The position numbers and the translations under genes were made by a program. Below, in pieces: positions 14,601-26,800 of a stretch of DNA of 64,000 bases. Origin of the DNA: Cyanophora paradoxa CCMP329 (taxonomy: Eukaryota; Plantae; Glaucophyta); NCBI GenBank assembly GCA_004431415.1, contig QPMI01000106.1, positions 124,001 to 188,000 on the forward strand, read 5' to 3'. Each line of letters starts with the position of its first letter. Position 1 is the first letter of the stretch. Below the pieces are notes generated by a model. The model saw only the letters and a list, made by a program, of their open reading frames with translations, had not been told where the DNA came from and did no database searches.

Positions 14601-17584
14601 AACGTCGCAGCCCCCTCTTAGCGCCCTGCAGAGTACGCCGGGGAGGCGCTGTTCGAGGAAGTGCGGGGGGGCGCCTTGGGGAACACGCGCTCCCGCTCCG
14701 CGCAGGCGGTCTTTGAGGAAATGCGAGAGCTCGTTAGGAAACACAGCGGCAGCGTCGGGAGCTCCCCTGCAAAGAAGCCGAGGACCGCGCGCGCCAAGGT
14801 GCTCATTTCCTTCCAATTGCAAGTATTTTGTTGTCGCGGCTCTTTGTTTGTTCTTTCACGGCTTGCAGGCGGCACGGCCACGTCCGCGGCAGGAGGCTCC
14901 GGTGGACGCGTACGTTCAGGCGTGCTTCAAATTCGAGCACGGTCACGGCCACTGCGCCGCCTCCAACGCAGCGGCGCGGGGCGACAAGCCGCCGCGCCCT
15001 CGGAACGCGTTCCTTCTCTTTGCGGACGAGCGGCGCCAGGCGATTCGCGAGGAGCACCCCGGCCTCCCCTCCGTTAAGCACCAGAAGATGATGGCCAGCG
15101 AGTGGAACGCGATGACGGGCGAGCAGCGGCGGCCGTGGGCCGACCTCGCTACCCGCCTCCGCGAGGAATTCTTCAAGGCGTACCCGGAGTACAAGTACAC
15201 ATGCAAGCGCAAGCGGCCGCGGGAGTCGGGCGCGTCCGCCGCGGGCCCCTCCGCCCGTCCCCGCCGCTCCTCGGCCTCCAGTTCGGGATCGGAGCTCGAT
15301 CTCGAGCTCGCTGCCGAGCTCGAGGCGGCCGACGCTGCTGCCTCCTCGAGCTCGCCGCCTCCTGCCCCTTCTCGACCTCGCCGCGCCATCGCTGCGGCGT
15401 CCTTTGGCTTCGCACACTTCGACGAATTCGAAGACGACGACGTCGACGTAGACGAAGTCGACGGGGAGGAGGAGGGGGAGGGGGAGGGGGACCCCGAGTG
15501 GCGCCCGACCCCAGCCCCCTGGCCCGCGCGGCTCCCGTCCAGAGCCACGGCCGCGGCCGCGGCTGCCAGTCCGTGTCCGCCCCGCGGCCGCGCGCCGGCG
15601 CCGTCGGCTCCGGCTCCGGGCCCTGCAGCTGCCTCTGCTGCCTCTCTGGGGCGGGGGCCCTGCCCGTCCGGCGCCCCGCGGGCGGGGGCCGCGGCTGCCC
15701 GCCCGCCGGCGCCATCGGCTCCGGCTCCGGGCCCTGCCTCTGCCTCTGCTGCCTCTTTCGGGCGGGGGCCTGCCCTCGCCCTCGGCATTCCTGAGGAGGA
15801 CCAGCCGACGCCGCCAGCCAAGCAGCCCGCAGCTTTTCTACCGCCAGATCTAGATGAGCGATTCACATTCCAAGTCCAGCCCCCGGCATTCGAGCAGACG
15901 GCGGTGGAGCCGCGTCGTGCGTCGCCGCCAGTTGCGCGTGCGGTAGGAGCCATGGACACCTGGCACTTCGACGTCGGCGTCGACCAGCAGCAGCTGCAGG
16001 ATGCGACGGATCCGGAGCAGCCGTCGTTCGAGCAGCTAGCTATGGAAGAGGAAGCGGGCCCTGCAGCTGCAGCAGCTGATCACGAGGGCCCGAGCCGGCT
16101 GCCGCCGCTGTTTTTTGAGGATCAGCCTCCGCCTCCGCCGTTCGCCAGTGCCTTCGTCTCCGGCTTCGCTGCCCTTCCGCCGCCAACGCTGACGCCGCCG
16201 GCACCGGCGCCGTCGCCCGGTGCGACGCCAGCCGCGAGGATTCGGCATCGATCGCAAGGATTAGGCATCGCTTGTATCGCTGACCTGCCCCGCCCCGCCC
16301 GTCCGTCCCCTGCAGAGGCCCCAGGCCTAGGCCCCGCGGGTTTGCGCCCTCGTTCTTTGGTTTTGGATCTGCTGCCCACGTGCACGGCTCACCCGTCCCC
16401 TGCAGTGGCGCCGGGCCCCGCGGCGCCGGGCGGCGCGGCGGCGCCGGCGCCGTGGCCGGAGCCCGGGGCGGTGCTGGGCTGGCCGCCCCCCGCCGCCCTC
16501 GCCTGGCTCCACCAGAAGTGCCTCCTCTCCGACCCCGACGCCCAGCGCGAGTGCGCCCGCCGCCGCCGCCGCCGCCGCCTTCAGACTTCATCTGTGTCAG
16601 CTTTCTTTAGAGGCTCTTTGATCAAAGCTTTTATTAGAAGCTTCTCTGCCTGGTACTGCGTGAAATGTCGCGCCCGCAGGCTGCAGTGCCTGCGGCGGCT
16701 GGCGCTGAACGGGCGGGCGCTGCTGATGCACCCGGCCGAGGCGCTGCGGGGCCGGCTGCTGGCGAAGCAGCGGGCGCTGTACCCGGGCGCCGGCAGCGAC
16801 CTGAGCGACCAGCTCGAGGCGGTCCTCTTCTCGCTCGACCACGAGGTCCGCGATTTAAATTTACATGTGCCTTGTTTGGTTTAAATCATAATGAGATCGA
16901 GAGGCGCGCAAGAAAACGTTTTGAGAATATTGAATAACACCTTCGAAATTCTATGTTAAGATGTGAAAGATGCGCATGCGTGAATTCGTTAATTCTATGT
17001 CAAAGATGGGCTGCGCACGCGTGAATTCGAATCCTTGATATAAAAATAAACTCCGACGCGGAGGCCTACCGCTAGTTGCTGTGCGCCCCGGGCCCGGGCC
17101 CCGCTCTCAATTCTTTGTTAAATTATATAAAGATGGGCTGCTTGAATCCTTAATATCAAACCAAAGCTTGATGAGGACGCCTAGCGGTAGTTGCTGCATC
17201 TGTGCGCCCCGGGCCCGGGCCCCGCCCTCAATTCGCCTCCGCAGGTGGCGCTGCTTGTCGACGACGCCACGCGGCGGTACGTATACGGACAGCGCCCCTA
17301 TTTCCTGTATTGAAAATAAAATAAAAGCCTCTATATATCTGAAATATATATCGGGCCCCTCTATATATCTAACTCTTCTCCTTTCTCCATCACTCTTTAG
17401 CTTCCGCCTACTTTAGCTAGGTCCCTCTATCTAGAGCTTCCGCCTTTAAAACTCTAAAATCAGAGCGCGCGCCCTCCTCACGATCACTCTTGTTTTCAGG
17501 TGCGGGGACGCCGCGGTCGCCGCCGAGATCCAGCGGCTCTTCGAGGCCTCGATCCGCTGCGGCCGCCCCCGTCTGAACCCGTAG
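5605..17584 (+). CDS. Large multi-exon putative transcription factor with six AP2-like repeats and an HMG box (one gene or a tandem pair)
   Basis: Spliced repeats read e.g. VGVTMDSRFAKAKFRSHLRWRGYPCWTGFFHSRE|EAARFRDRCILVCHELD..G..AKLNYDAS|EY, resembling AP2 GV..GKW.A.I....WLGTF.T.EEAARAYD.AA....G..AKLNF. HMG box at about 14985-15219. Last exon ends ..FEASIRCGRPRLNP* at 17584. The exon chain was not traced end to end. Confidence 0.7.
7190..7915 (+). other. Divergent AP2-like repeat, type B copy 1
   Basis: Exons read YLTAFTLAEEK|..LPSVKDAQRFRDRCRIAW|..|YKGESFYKKLF..|WREDAAGAVARTVAFVAEETG. Homologous to 11350-12210 and shares the RFRDRC core with the type A repeats. Confidence 0.55.
9290..9708 (+). 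other. AP2-like repeat, type A copy 1
   Basis: GRFYVEFPWRGHRFSAYGFQFRQ|EAARYRDRCILAAQWLDRRDG...DLSCDRREYDGDPLF. Confidence 0.65.
10248..10730 (+). other. AP2-like repeat, type A copy 2
   Basis: MVGVTMDSRFAKAKFRSHLRWRGYPCWTGFFHSRE|EAARFRDRCILVCHELDRRDG..AKLNYDAS|EYAGEPLFEEV; GC donor at 10353. Confidence 0.75.
11350..12210 (+). other. Divergent AP2-like repeat, type B copy 2
   Basis: IYVAAFTLENEK|..LPSFEAALRFRDRCRIAW|..|EYKGDSFYKKLF..|WREDVAAAVARTVAFVAGETG. Confidence 0.55.
12206..12445. repeat. ~117 bp tandem duplication of an exon end plus AT-rich intron
   Basis: aggtgccctttcttttaagatcttataagatcaatagaagtgc...ggggagacgggggccctggaggcgctgc occurs twice, almost identically. Confidence 0.85.
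13050..13520 (+). other. AP2-like repeat, type A copy 3
   Basis: GVSASVDMQGRFKCNLSWRRAVRWFTAPGSRE|EAARFRDRCVLVCHELD..SKLNYDAS|EYDGEALFEEV; GC donor at 13147. Confidence 0.75.
14260..14745 (+). other. AP2-like repeat, type A copy 4
   Basis: GITASEDKWGDFECFFGWRRVQWWVHGFHSRE|EAARFRDRCILSCRELD..SQLNYDAS|EYAGEALFEEV; GC donor at 14358. Confidence 0.75.
14985..15219 (+). other. HMG-box domain, sequence-specific (SOX/MATA-like) class
   Basis: KPPRPRNAFLLFADERRQAIREEHPGL..KMMASEWNAMTGEQRRPWADLATRLREEFFKAYPEYKYTCKRKR carries the RP.NAF and YP.YKY-basic signatures. Confidence 0.92.
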
Positions 17585-17853
17585 GCCTAGTTATAGGCCC
17601 GAGCTCTGCGTGCGTCCGATTTCTGCCCGTCCGCTTTGACACGCGCTCATGTTCGGCTTTGAATATTGAACGGCATGCGCAGCATGCACAGCGATGACCC
17701 GCGCCCCCCGATCAGACTCAATTTGGCCCCTCTTCCATCTCCTTCTTCCCCCTCCAGCTCAAAAGCCCAATCCTCATTGCAATTGAATGCAATTCAATAA
17801 AACCACACCTATGCAACTTCTATTCGCAACGCAAGATGTTTTTAGCCTGGGAT

Positions 17854-20800
17854 TTAACTGAAAGTGACGTGGACATTCGTAGGCTGGGCTGTCGAAGTCG
17901 TAGGCTGGGCTGCTGCAGTTGGCGCCGCCCCATGGCCATGCCCTTCGAACCGAACGCTTGTAGCTTGAGGTTTGCCCTGGTTTGCTGTGATTGGTACCGG
18001 CCCCGGTCGCGCCGAGGCCGCAGCTGGCCACGGCAGGGTGTGGTTCGGACTGCGCTCCGGCAAGCGAGAGATGTCGACGCTCTGGAGGTAGTGCTTCGAA
18101 TTCGCGGCCAGCGATCCGATCGCAATCTGGGTCGCCGGCGGCGGCGCCTCCTTCGCACTTGAGCTCGCGTTATTCAGCCGCGGCGGCTCGCGATCGCTGG
18201 CGCCTGCGCGCGCATACGTATACGCCGGTCTCCCGCTTTGCTCCCGAGGAGTCGTCCCGCGTATACGCGCTGCAGCTGCAGCTGCAGCTGGCTTGACGGT
18301 CTGTTGTTCGCCCCAGGAATTGCGATCGCCGTCTTCGTCCCCGTAGGCGTCGGGCCGGCGGTCATTTGCCGCAGTCGACGTCGATGGAGTCGACCGCTGG
18401 TTCGAGTTACAAACCCGATTTAAAACGAAAACAAGCTTTAGAAAGCAAAAAGCCTCGAAAGGGCTTACGTTGAGCACGAGGCGGTTGAACGTCAGATAGG
18501 CCGCGATGAAAAGTCCGACGACCTGAATGGCGCCCTGTGCATAACGTCCATATCAGACCAAGCAGACATTGAAGAGAAGTCAAGTTTGCCGCAGTGCAAA
18601 ACGCATGCGCACCTGTGCAAGAGAAATGGCGTCCGCAATTGCGTCGAGTACCGTTGTGCGCGTGATGCGATCCACTAACAAATAAACCTGCGCATTTTCT
18701 AGATTTAGAATCGAGCACTCGAAGAAAGCTTAATTCTGCTTGCGCGCCTGGCTTGGCTTGAATTTGGCGCGGAGCATTACTCTCGCCTCGGCACAGGTAT
18801 CCACGGCGCGCCCGGGCGGACACACGACCTGTTAGAGACGCATCGCGATTTGCAAGTTCGGCGCTAGCGTAAACGCAATCCCGCCGCGCAGACGGGGTAG
18901 GGCGCACGAAGCTGGAGGCGTCGCGCTCAGCCTTCTCCGTCTCAGAGGACGTAACGGCCGCGAAGTAGCGCGGGCGGCCATCCGCGGGGTCCGTAAAATG
19001 CATGGCTGCACAGGAAGCGCACTTTGAATTTAGCGCATCTCGAGAACGGGGCCGAGCGGAAGCACGCATGCGCACGGGTGAGATCGATTGACACATCGAC
19101 GGCGTCACGGCCGCGGAAGACGGAATTCTCCGATGACGTCGTTATCATTCCCTGCACGTCGATGTACTCTGGGATCTGCGTTCGAGTCCAGCGCAAAATA
19201 AGCTCGTAGAGGTGGCGAAGAATAAAACGATTGACGCGCTTGGATGGAGTACGGGATCGAGACGGCTAATGCGCGCGACGCTTTCAACTGCAGCGACACA
19301 TATGTCCCGTCGGTTGCTGCAATCCTGCACAGGCCTTTCAGAGAGAAGGAAACCTCGCAAAGAAACGCTTTAAGAAAGAAAGCAGAGAAGATCTAGAAGT
19401 CTACCTGCACTGAGAGCATGTCCATGTGACTCTACACGAGCGGGCGCCGTCGACGCGCTCGAAACCCACGCTGTCGGGCCCGACGAAGCCCGATCGCTCG
19501 TGCACGATGCCGACCGTGTCACAAGGGCCATCGTATCCTCGGAACGTGGCGCTAACGACGAAAACACCCGAGATCGAGCTTGCAGACGGACTCGCTCCAG
19601 GATTCTGCGCTCACGGTTATATATATAACCTCTTCGCAACTCTGCATATATATGCGCATCTTGAACGTATACGAACCAGCGACTGAACGATCTGCAATAT
19701 TCAATGCAATTCCAATTCGAAAAAACGTACAGTTCCGTTTAGCAACCTGAACTTGCATAACAGAGTGATCATGCGAATGTGAGTCACGCACGGTGTAGTT
19801 TGCCATGATATACTGAACGATTACAAATAGAACTGCAAGCTCGAATGAATCTTGCCCTTACCAGCTTGCGAAAACGAACGATATATAGGACACTCACTCG
19901 CTACAATGGCACCCGCGATGGCGACCACCGTGAAGAACGAACCGCGCACGGACCGCTTCGAATTCTCCTCCGAGTCGGCGTCAGGCGCGACTTCGAAGTT
20001 TTCTTTTGTTGCGCCTTTCGCCTCGAGCTCGCCATCGCAACTTGAATCGTGGACGAGTTCCTCTGCAGCGATGTTATAATATTAAAGCGCATAAAGATTA
20101 CAGCTGCATGCGCATGCGCCTGTGTATATCCGGTGAAGCCACCGAAGGCGTTGCAGGCGCTCTTGCTTTGTAGCCGGGGTAGAGGGAATGACGCGCAGGT
20201 ACACGACGAAGCATGTACCGACCAGCAGCACAGCGATCCCCGCGGCGACACCGATCCACATGAACACCTGAAAATGCAGTATTTATGCGTGAACGACGTC
20301 GCTGAGTCGGCATGCTAATTATAAAATGCATCGCAGCAACGGCGCACGCGGAATGCACTGTCGACACTTGCTTGCTCCGTCTTGATGACAGCCTGGGAGA
20401 TTGTTCCCGTGTTCTGGGGGTATCGATACTCTTCGCTCTTCTTCTCGATCTCGCTCGAGCTCTCTTGATCGACTCCGCTCCCCGTCTGCAGGATCCGGCG
20501 CGCCCACAGCCAAAGCAGGCGCCGTTTCGAGGACGATGTGATCGCAGGTGCGGCGCGCTCGAGGCGGAGGCCCATATCAATCGGCTCCGACGTGGCTGCA
20601 CGCATGAAAGGGCGTTTTTGATTAGAGAACGGCGCGGGTTCAAGAGCAGAAGAACTTCGGAAGCATGGGCAGAGCCGACCGACTGGACAGAGCATGCCGG
20701 CGGGGCAAGGCAGGCAGGTCGTTCCTCCCGTGCCGCGGAAGTACGTCCCAAAAGGACTGACGAAGCGCAGCAACGCGCACAGTCAGGACACGGCACGGCA

Positions 20801-23800
20801 GCGCATCGCTTATTTAATGAAGAGTAATTGAGCTAGAGATCACCATGGCATGCACTCCAGCAACGTCGCGTCGCGGTACGTACCGCTCTCGCATGGGCGG
20901 CACTCCAAGCCGTCCTCTGATACCGTTCCCAAGCTGCACGCGGTGCACGCGGCGGACTCCGCAGTCGAGATTTGGTTGATGGGGCATCTAAGACAGCGAC
21001 CACTACCGGCCGGAGAATACTGCCCCGCAGCGCAGGCGATCTGCAATCCGCGATCCAAAGAACAAAAACGCATCCAGTAAATATTTAATGTTGGCTGTAC
21101 ACAAAAAGCATCACGCACGCATTCAGTCCGCTCATCATTAGCGATAGTACCAGCAGGACACAGCTACAAATACGCAACGTCAGAGTTCCTTTCAAGCACC
21201 GAACGCAAAGCCTTTGCGCTTGCCTTGCATGCAGCCATCCCGACTTGAGGCGCCGTAGAATTGGAGTGGCACAGCTGGCACGTCAATTTCGACTCATCGG
21301 GCACTTTTCCAGCAGGACAGGCTGCGATCGATGCGGGATATTATTTCAATGCAATGCGATGAAGGGCGCAATGAAAGGAAACCGCTGACATATGCATGCG
21401 ATCCTGTCTTCCCGGGAAATCGCTCCAGACGCGCTGCGCATGCGCATTTTGCAAAATTAGTAGCCGCAATTTTCACAACAATAAGCAACGAGAGCGCGTG
21501 CACCATGCCGTGCAGTTTGCGCTGCCATATTTATCAACGAATGTGCCGGGCTCGCAGAGTTGGCACGTGTGCATAGTTGAGTTGCGGAACAAGCCCTGCA
21601 GCAGCAGCGTTCAGCACTACGTATACGACTGCCCACTGGGCCAACAGACGGATGACTAGTACTGTGGAGGCGCACGGGGCTGCAGGGATCACAGGCGGAG
21701 AAGTCTGCGCGAGAGTACATGCCGGCGCTGCACGGAATGCACGCTTCGCCACGCCCTAGCTCCTCGGAATACGTATTCGGAGGGCACTGCGACAACGTTG
21801 CGTATTCAAAGCCGTGCACGTGTGCACGTCCATGGCCACCCACGCTGTACCTGCTCGCAAGACTTGCCGTTGCGGGGCATAAACGTGCCGCGCTCACAGG
21901 GGATGCATTTCGAGCTGGATGCGGAAACTCACTCATGATCCCGACCACAAAAGGACAAAAATTGCTTTATCGCAAAATCGCACCCGTCGGAGGCGGCGTA
22001 CTGGCCGAGGGGGCACGAGGGGCACTCCTTAAATGTCTTCGGCGGAGAAACAAAGCCCTGTCGATCACGGTTGGCGTGCAGTTGGAAAGGATTCTCGTGC
22101 ACGCTATATAAGAGTTTAGTACCGGCTGGCACGGAAAGCAGTTGTTTTGGCCATCGGGCTGGTAGGTGCCAGCTGCGAGAATTCAGTCCCACGCGACCTG
22201 GACAGCTATCGCTGCGTAGGCGTAGCGAGTACCCGGGCAGTCGACACAGCGGGTCTGGTCGGCGTTGGTGATCTGCCCCTTCTCGCACTCTTGGCACTCG
22301 ACCATGCCGAGAGAAGCGCTGACTTGTCCCTGCGCATGTACGTAGACGTTTGCAAAAAAAAAAAGCTTCCGGCAAGCGTCTAAGAGCGTCCCGCAAGCTT
22401 AATTAATTACAAGCTAGAAGTAAATAGTACTTGAGAAGGCTCATGTGATCAGCGGCCTCAGCAACGCACGTTTGGACAAGGCCAACAAGTCCCGTTGCGC
22501 TCGAACGAGCCCGAAAGACAAGGCCTGTACGTGTGAACTGCTCAGCGCACTGTGACACGTGCGAAATCGCGATTACTGCTGGTCTAGCAACAAACCTGCA
22601 CTCGGTGCGGTCGTCACTGCTTGCGCTCCCGCGTTCACTGGGAGGGCGCGTTACTGTAGCGGATGCGCAATGTAACAGCGCGAAAATATTGTTTTACCAG
22701 CGCAAGCATGAGTCGGCCCCGGCAGCGGGCGTGTAGTATCCGAATGGGCACTGCAAAAGACGTTTTATGAAGACTTCGCGAGCCTTCACTAGGTATAGGT
22801 GGCAATCTTACCAAGCCGCAGGTCTGATTAAATTGAGAGCGGTACGTTCCTTGCGGACATGGCTGTTTGAAAGAGAGTTTTGCGATCCGTTAGAGGCCGC
22901 TCGCAATGAAATACGAAGCCATTCGAAATGGGAATCGAACCGCGCAGTTCTGTCGATCCATAGAAGCGATTGTGCCGGCGGGGCATGCGACGCACTCTAT
23001 TGCGCCGGCTTCGGGGGTGACCGTGTTCATAGGGCACTCCACGCAAGTGCCGTCCTTGGCGTAGAATCCCGCTCGGCACGGCTCGCAGGACTGCAGATCC
23101 AACTAAATAAACGCCAACTTGCGGAATGAACGCGTGGTTTCTAACTTATATTTAATTACGCACTGTTCTTTCAACAGTGGATATGGTCCCGGTGCGACAA
23201 GGCGTGCAAGCGGCTGCTCCACCGCCGCTGCTGTACGATCCAAACGGACAAACGGCACATTCGCTCATGTTCTTGGCTCGGAACTTTCCTGCTAAGCAGC
23301 TGCGAAATGTAAAGGCTCTCACCATGGTCCAGCATAGCAGACAATACTGCGCAGCAAATAGAAGCGCACGGGAAGCAGTTTTGTTTGTCTTCGCTGGCGA
23401 CAAATCCCTCGCCACTGAATTTTACCACAACGTTATAATAACGAACTCGTGGAAATTCAAATCAGGATCATGATCAGGGCGAAGCGCACCATTCGACGCA
23501 AACTTGAGCGCGCTCGTAGGGGTTGTACGTGTTTCCGGTGCACGGCTTGCAGGTTCCATTCCGCTCGTAGTTGCCTTTCCCGCACGCCACGCAGGCAGAA
23601 AGGTCCACGCTCTGGACAGAGCCCGCTCCGCAAAACTCGTACGAATCGCTGCCCTCGCGAGCAATCGCCCCAGCGGGTACGTTGGCGCAAAGCAACATGC
23701 TCGAATTGCGGTACGTCCCTACGAGCCTGGTTTAAACGTAGAATGGAACAACCTATAGCTAGCTCATGCAATTGAATCTCACCAGATCTGCAAGGGATGC

Positions 23801-26800
23801 AGGTCTGCAAATCTGCACTTGCCGTATATCCGGGAGAGCACGCAGTGCACGATTCCATTCCCTCATCGGACGCGACGGAATTCAGCGGACAACTGCATTA
23901 TAATTAATATTAGCGCGTCGCGCGAATCGGGTCAGTGCCGACGCCTCCACGAATCGACAACACGATTGCACTGACCGCTCGCAGGCGATGCCATTTGGGG
24001 CTAGAAAGGTTCCTTTCGGGCTGTAGAGTTTTGTTTCAGTCTTGCTGAAGCGAGCAATTGCTCTAAAATGCAAAGAAAACAAAGGATGACCATTTCGTGC
24101 AGGCAACAGCAGCTCCTGCAGACACTCTGCCCGGCCCGCATGCTTTGCATTCCTCAGTTCCGAGCGCGCCTGCATTGAAAATGATTGCACTTCTTAGTAA
24201 TCCATTACAGCTTCGCGCACCGGCGACCGAATACGTCATTGGAGGGCACGGGGAGCATGTCAATGCTCCAGGATATGGCAAGAAGTATCCCGCAGCACAG
24301 GCTGCGCGCGCGGCGAGGGCGAGTGCGATCAATCCAAACTACCGATAAATCCGTACATGAGAGATCGACGTCAGGGTCACGAACGCTTGCAGTCCGAGCT
24401 CCATCCTGGGGACTCCGTGTACGTGTTATTCGGGCAGACCGTGCACGGCTGAGTCGGAGACTTCGAGAACGTCCCTTGTTCGCATACTGATCGACGTCGC
24501 GAGTTCAGATTATGATGCATAAATCCATACTGGAGAAAATGATGATATCGCAATATGCGCACAAAAACACGAGTCCGATCCAGGTTTGCTGTAGCTGCCT
24601 TTCTCACACCATGTGCCTGTTCAGTTAACCATAAGCGTAAGCTTGTTCTTGGACGCAGGGCTTAAATCAAAGCTCGCGCACAGTTGAGGCTCCCGGGCTT
24701 GGAAAATGTCCCTCCGGGGCACAATTCCGCCTCGCTTTCATGCAGGAGGCCCCGCTTGGAACTCGCTCGACCTGAGATTACGTATGCAGACAACGCGTGA
24801 ATAGAAAACGTTGCCAACGGTCTATATCAGGATTTAATAAAACTTCGTTCCGCAACCTGCAGGAAGTAGCAAGCAGTCCTCCCCATCGCCTCCGCCATTC
24901 AAAGAAGGGTAGTTATAGTGCTACGAGCGATCAAATCAGATGCAGATGGGCAGAGACCATTAAACGACATAAAGCTTGCCTGGCCAGCAGGGCATTCCAC
25001 ATATAGTTTAATTATGCGAGCTCTGCTTGATGCATGATCGGTGATCAAATGATCATATGCATGCATGATCAATCGCTGCAGTTCTAAAAGCGCGCACGGC
25101 GTTTGAGTGTAAAAGACGATGTATGATGTCTCCGGGAGCGGGTTGTCGATCACGAATTCCATTTTCATAGATTGTTCAATTCGACTGAAGATCCTGGCGC
25201 CGGCAACAAAAGCATTTAACTCGCGCCCGCGACAATTTCGTTACCCGAACTGCATTTTAGCATATACGTTGGGGTAACGATTACCAATTCGAATTTATTA
25301 TGGGCGTTCCTCCTCTGTTGCGCATAGACTTTGCATGAGGTTGAAGAAGAATGAATAAATAGTTTATCCTCATGCTCACGCGATCATTGACGGAAAGTTC
25401 GACTCTGAGAGCGCAATCACGACTTTCTTTTCGCTGAAACCTGCCTCATCGTCGACATTCTCAATCTGCAAACATGTCATTACACATGTACACGAGACAT
25501 CAATATTAAGAATACACTTTTAAAAGAACAGTCGTTCTTTCGCGGGACCTGTAGATATTCTTTCGAAGTCGTGATCTCATGTCGCTCTTAAAGTTCTTCA
25601 CAACGGCCTGGAACATGGTAATCGTATCTTCCCATGAATGCCTGTGCGCAATTTTACTTCATTAAGAGCATGTGCTGACAACCTGAATATCGAGTTACCC
25701 TTCCCGCACAATATACAAAGTTCCTGTCGGAATGCATATGTACTCATGAGTTCGAGGAGTGGAATGCATTATGTCTGAAGGCAAAAAATACCGGATCTGT
25801 ACACCGCCGCAGGGATGCTGTACCACTCGAAATCCGAAATATTGAAAACACTGGAAACTTTTCCCACAATGTATGATCCGTCTTCGGTTTCGGTACTATA
25901 ATTTGGATCCCAGCCGTATTTATCCGAGACTGGAAGCCGCAAGTGATCGGTTGGGCGAGGCGCAGCCCCTCCCATGCCGCTTTGAAACTGTGAAGGACGA
26001 CTGGGCGATAGTTCAACATATCATGATTGACTGGCAATGTTTGATGATTAAATCTTTCGAATTCGTACCGCATTCGTATGACCTGCGCGAATTTAAATCG
26101 AACCGTGCCCGGATTTTGCGGGGGATCGGACCTCATCGCCGAGAATAAAGAACGCAAACTTGCGACCCTCCACCCATTTTCCTTCAAGCGCCTGGAGTAC
26201 AAGTTACAAGACCAAACAAATACCAGCTACAGTACTAGTGCTTCCTCATGACCCAGATCTAGACCGCACCCCTATGCCGGATCCGGCCTCTCCAGTGAAC
26301 CCATTTTGAAGAATGTGAGAGTCCCAAGCTCGTATGGTGCGTTCAGTTATCTTGATTGGAGCACGGGCCGGGGCGACAACGGATGATCCAGGAGCTACGT
26401 CCCAGGTCCATACGAATATCGCGTGCTTGTACACAGCACTGGGGCCATCCGGTGGGTCTTCTGGAAAGAATGGAAGTCTGACATGAAAATATTCTGTAAG
26501 CACTCTTATGGAATAGTGATATCCTATAGTTAACGTTATCACGAAGGAAGCTTTAGGACCTCACGACGGCGTGATATGTAGTAGTCCGAAAATTGTCGGT
26601 CGTGCTTCCATCAGCCGCCATCGCGAGAACCGCAGCGCCTGGAGGGAGATCTAATGCCCTCACCCCGGCCTTCGAATTCGGATCTGATCTGCGCAAGCAA
26701 CCGTAAATCGGAGCTCAGTAAGATAATTATATAATTAGGTGGCTACTAGGCTAGATATAGTCGCGAACGAACCCCCAAACCTGTTCTTTAAAAAACCCGG

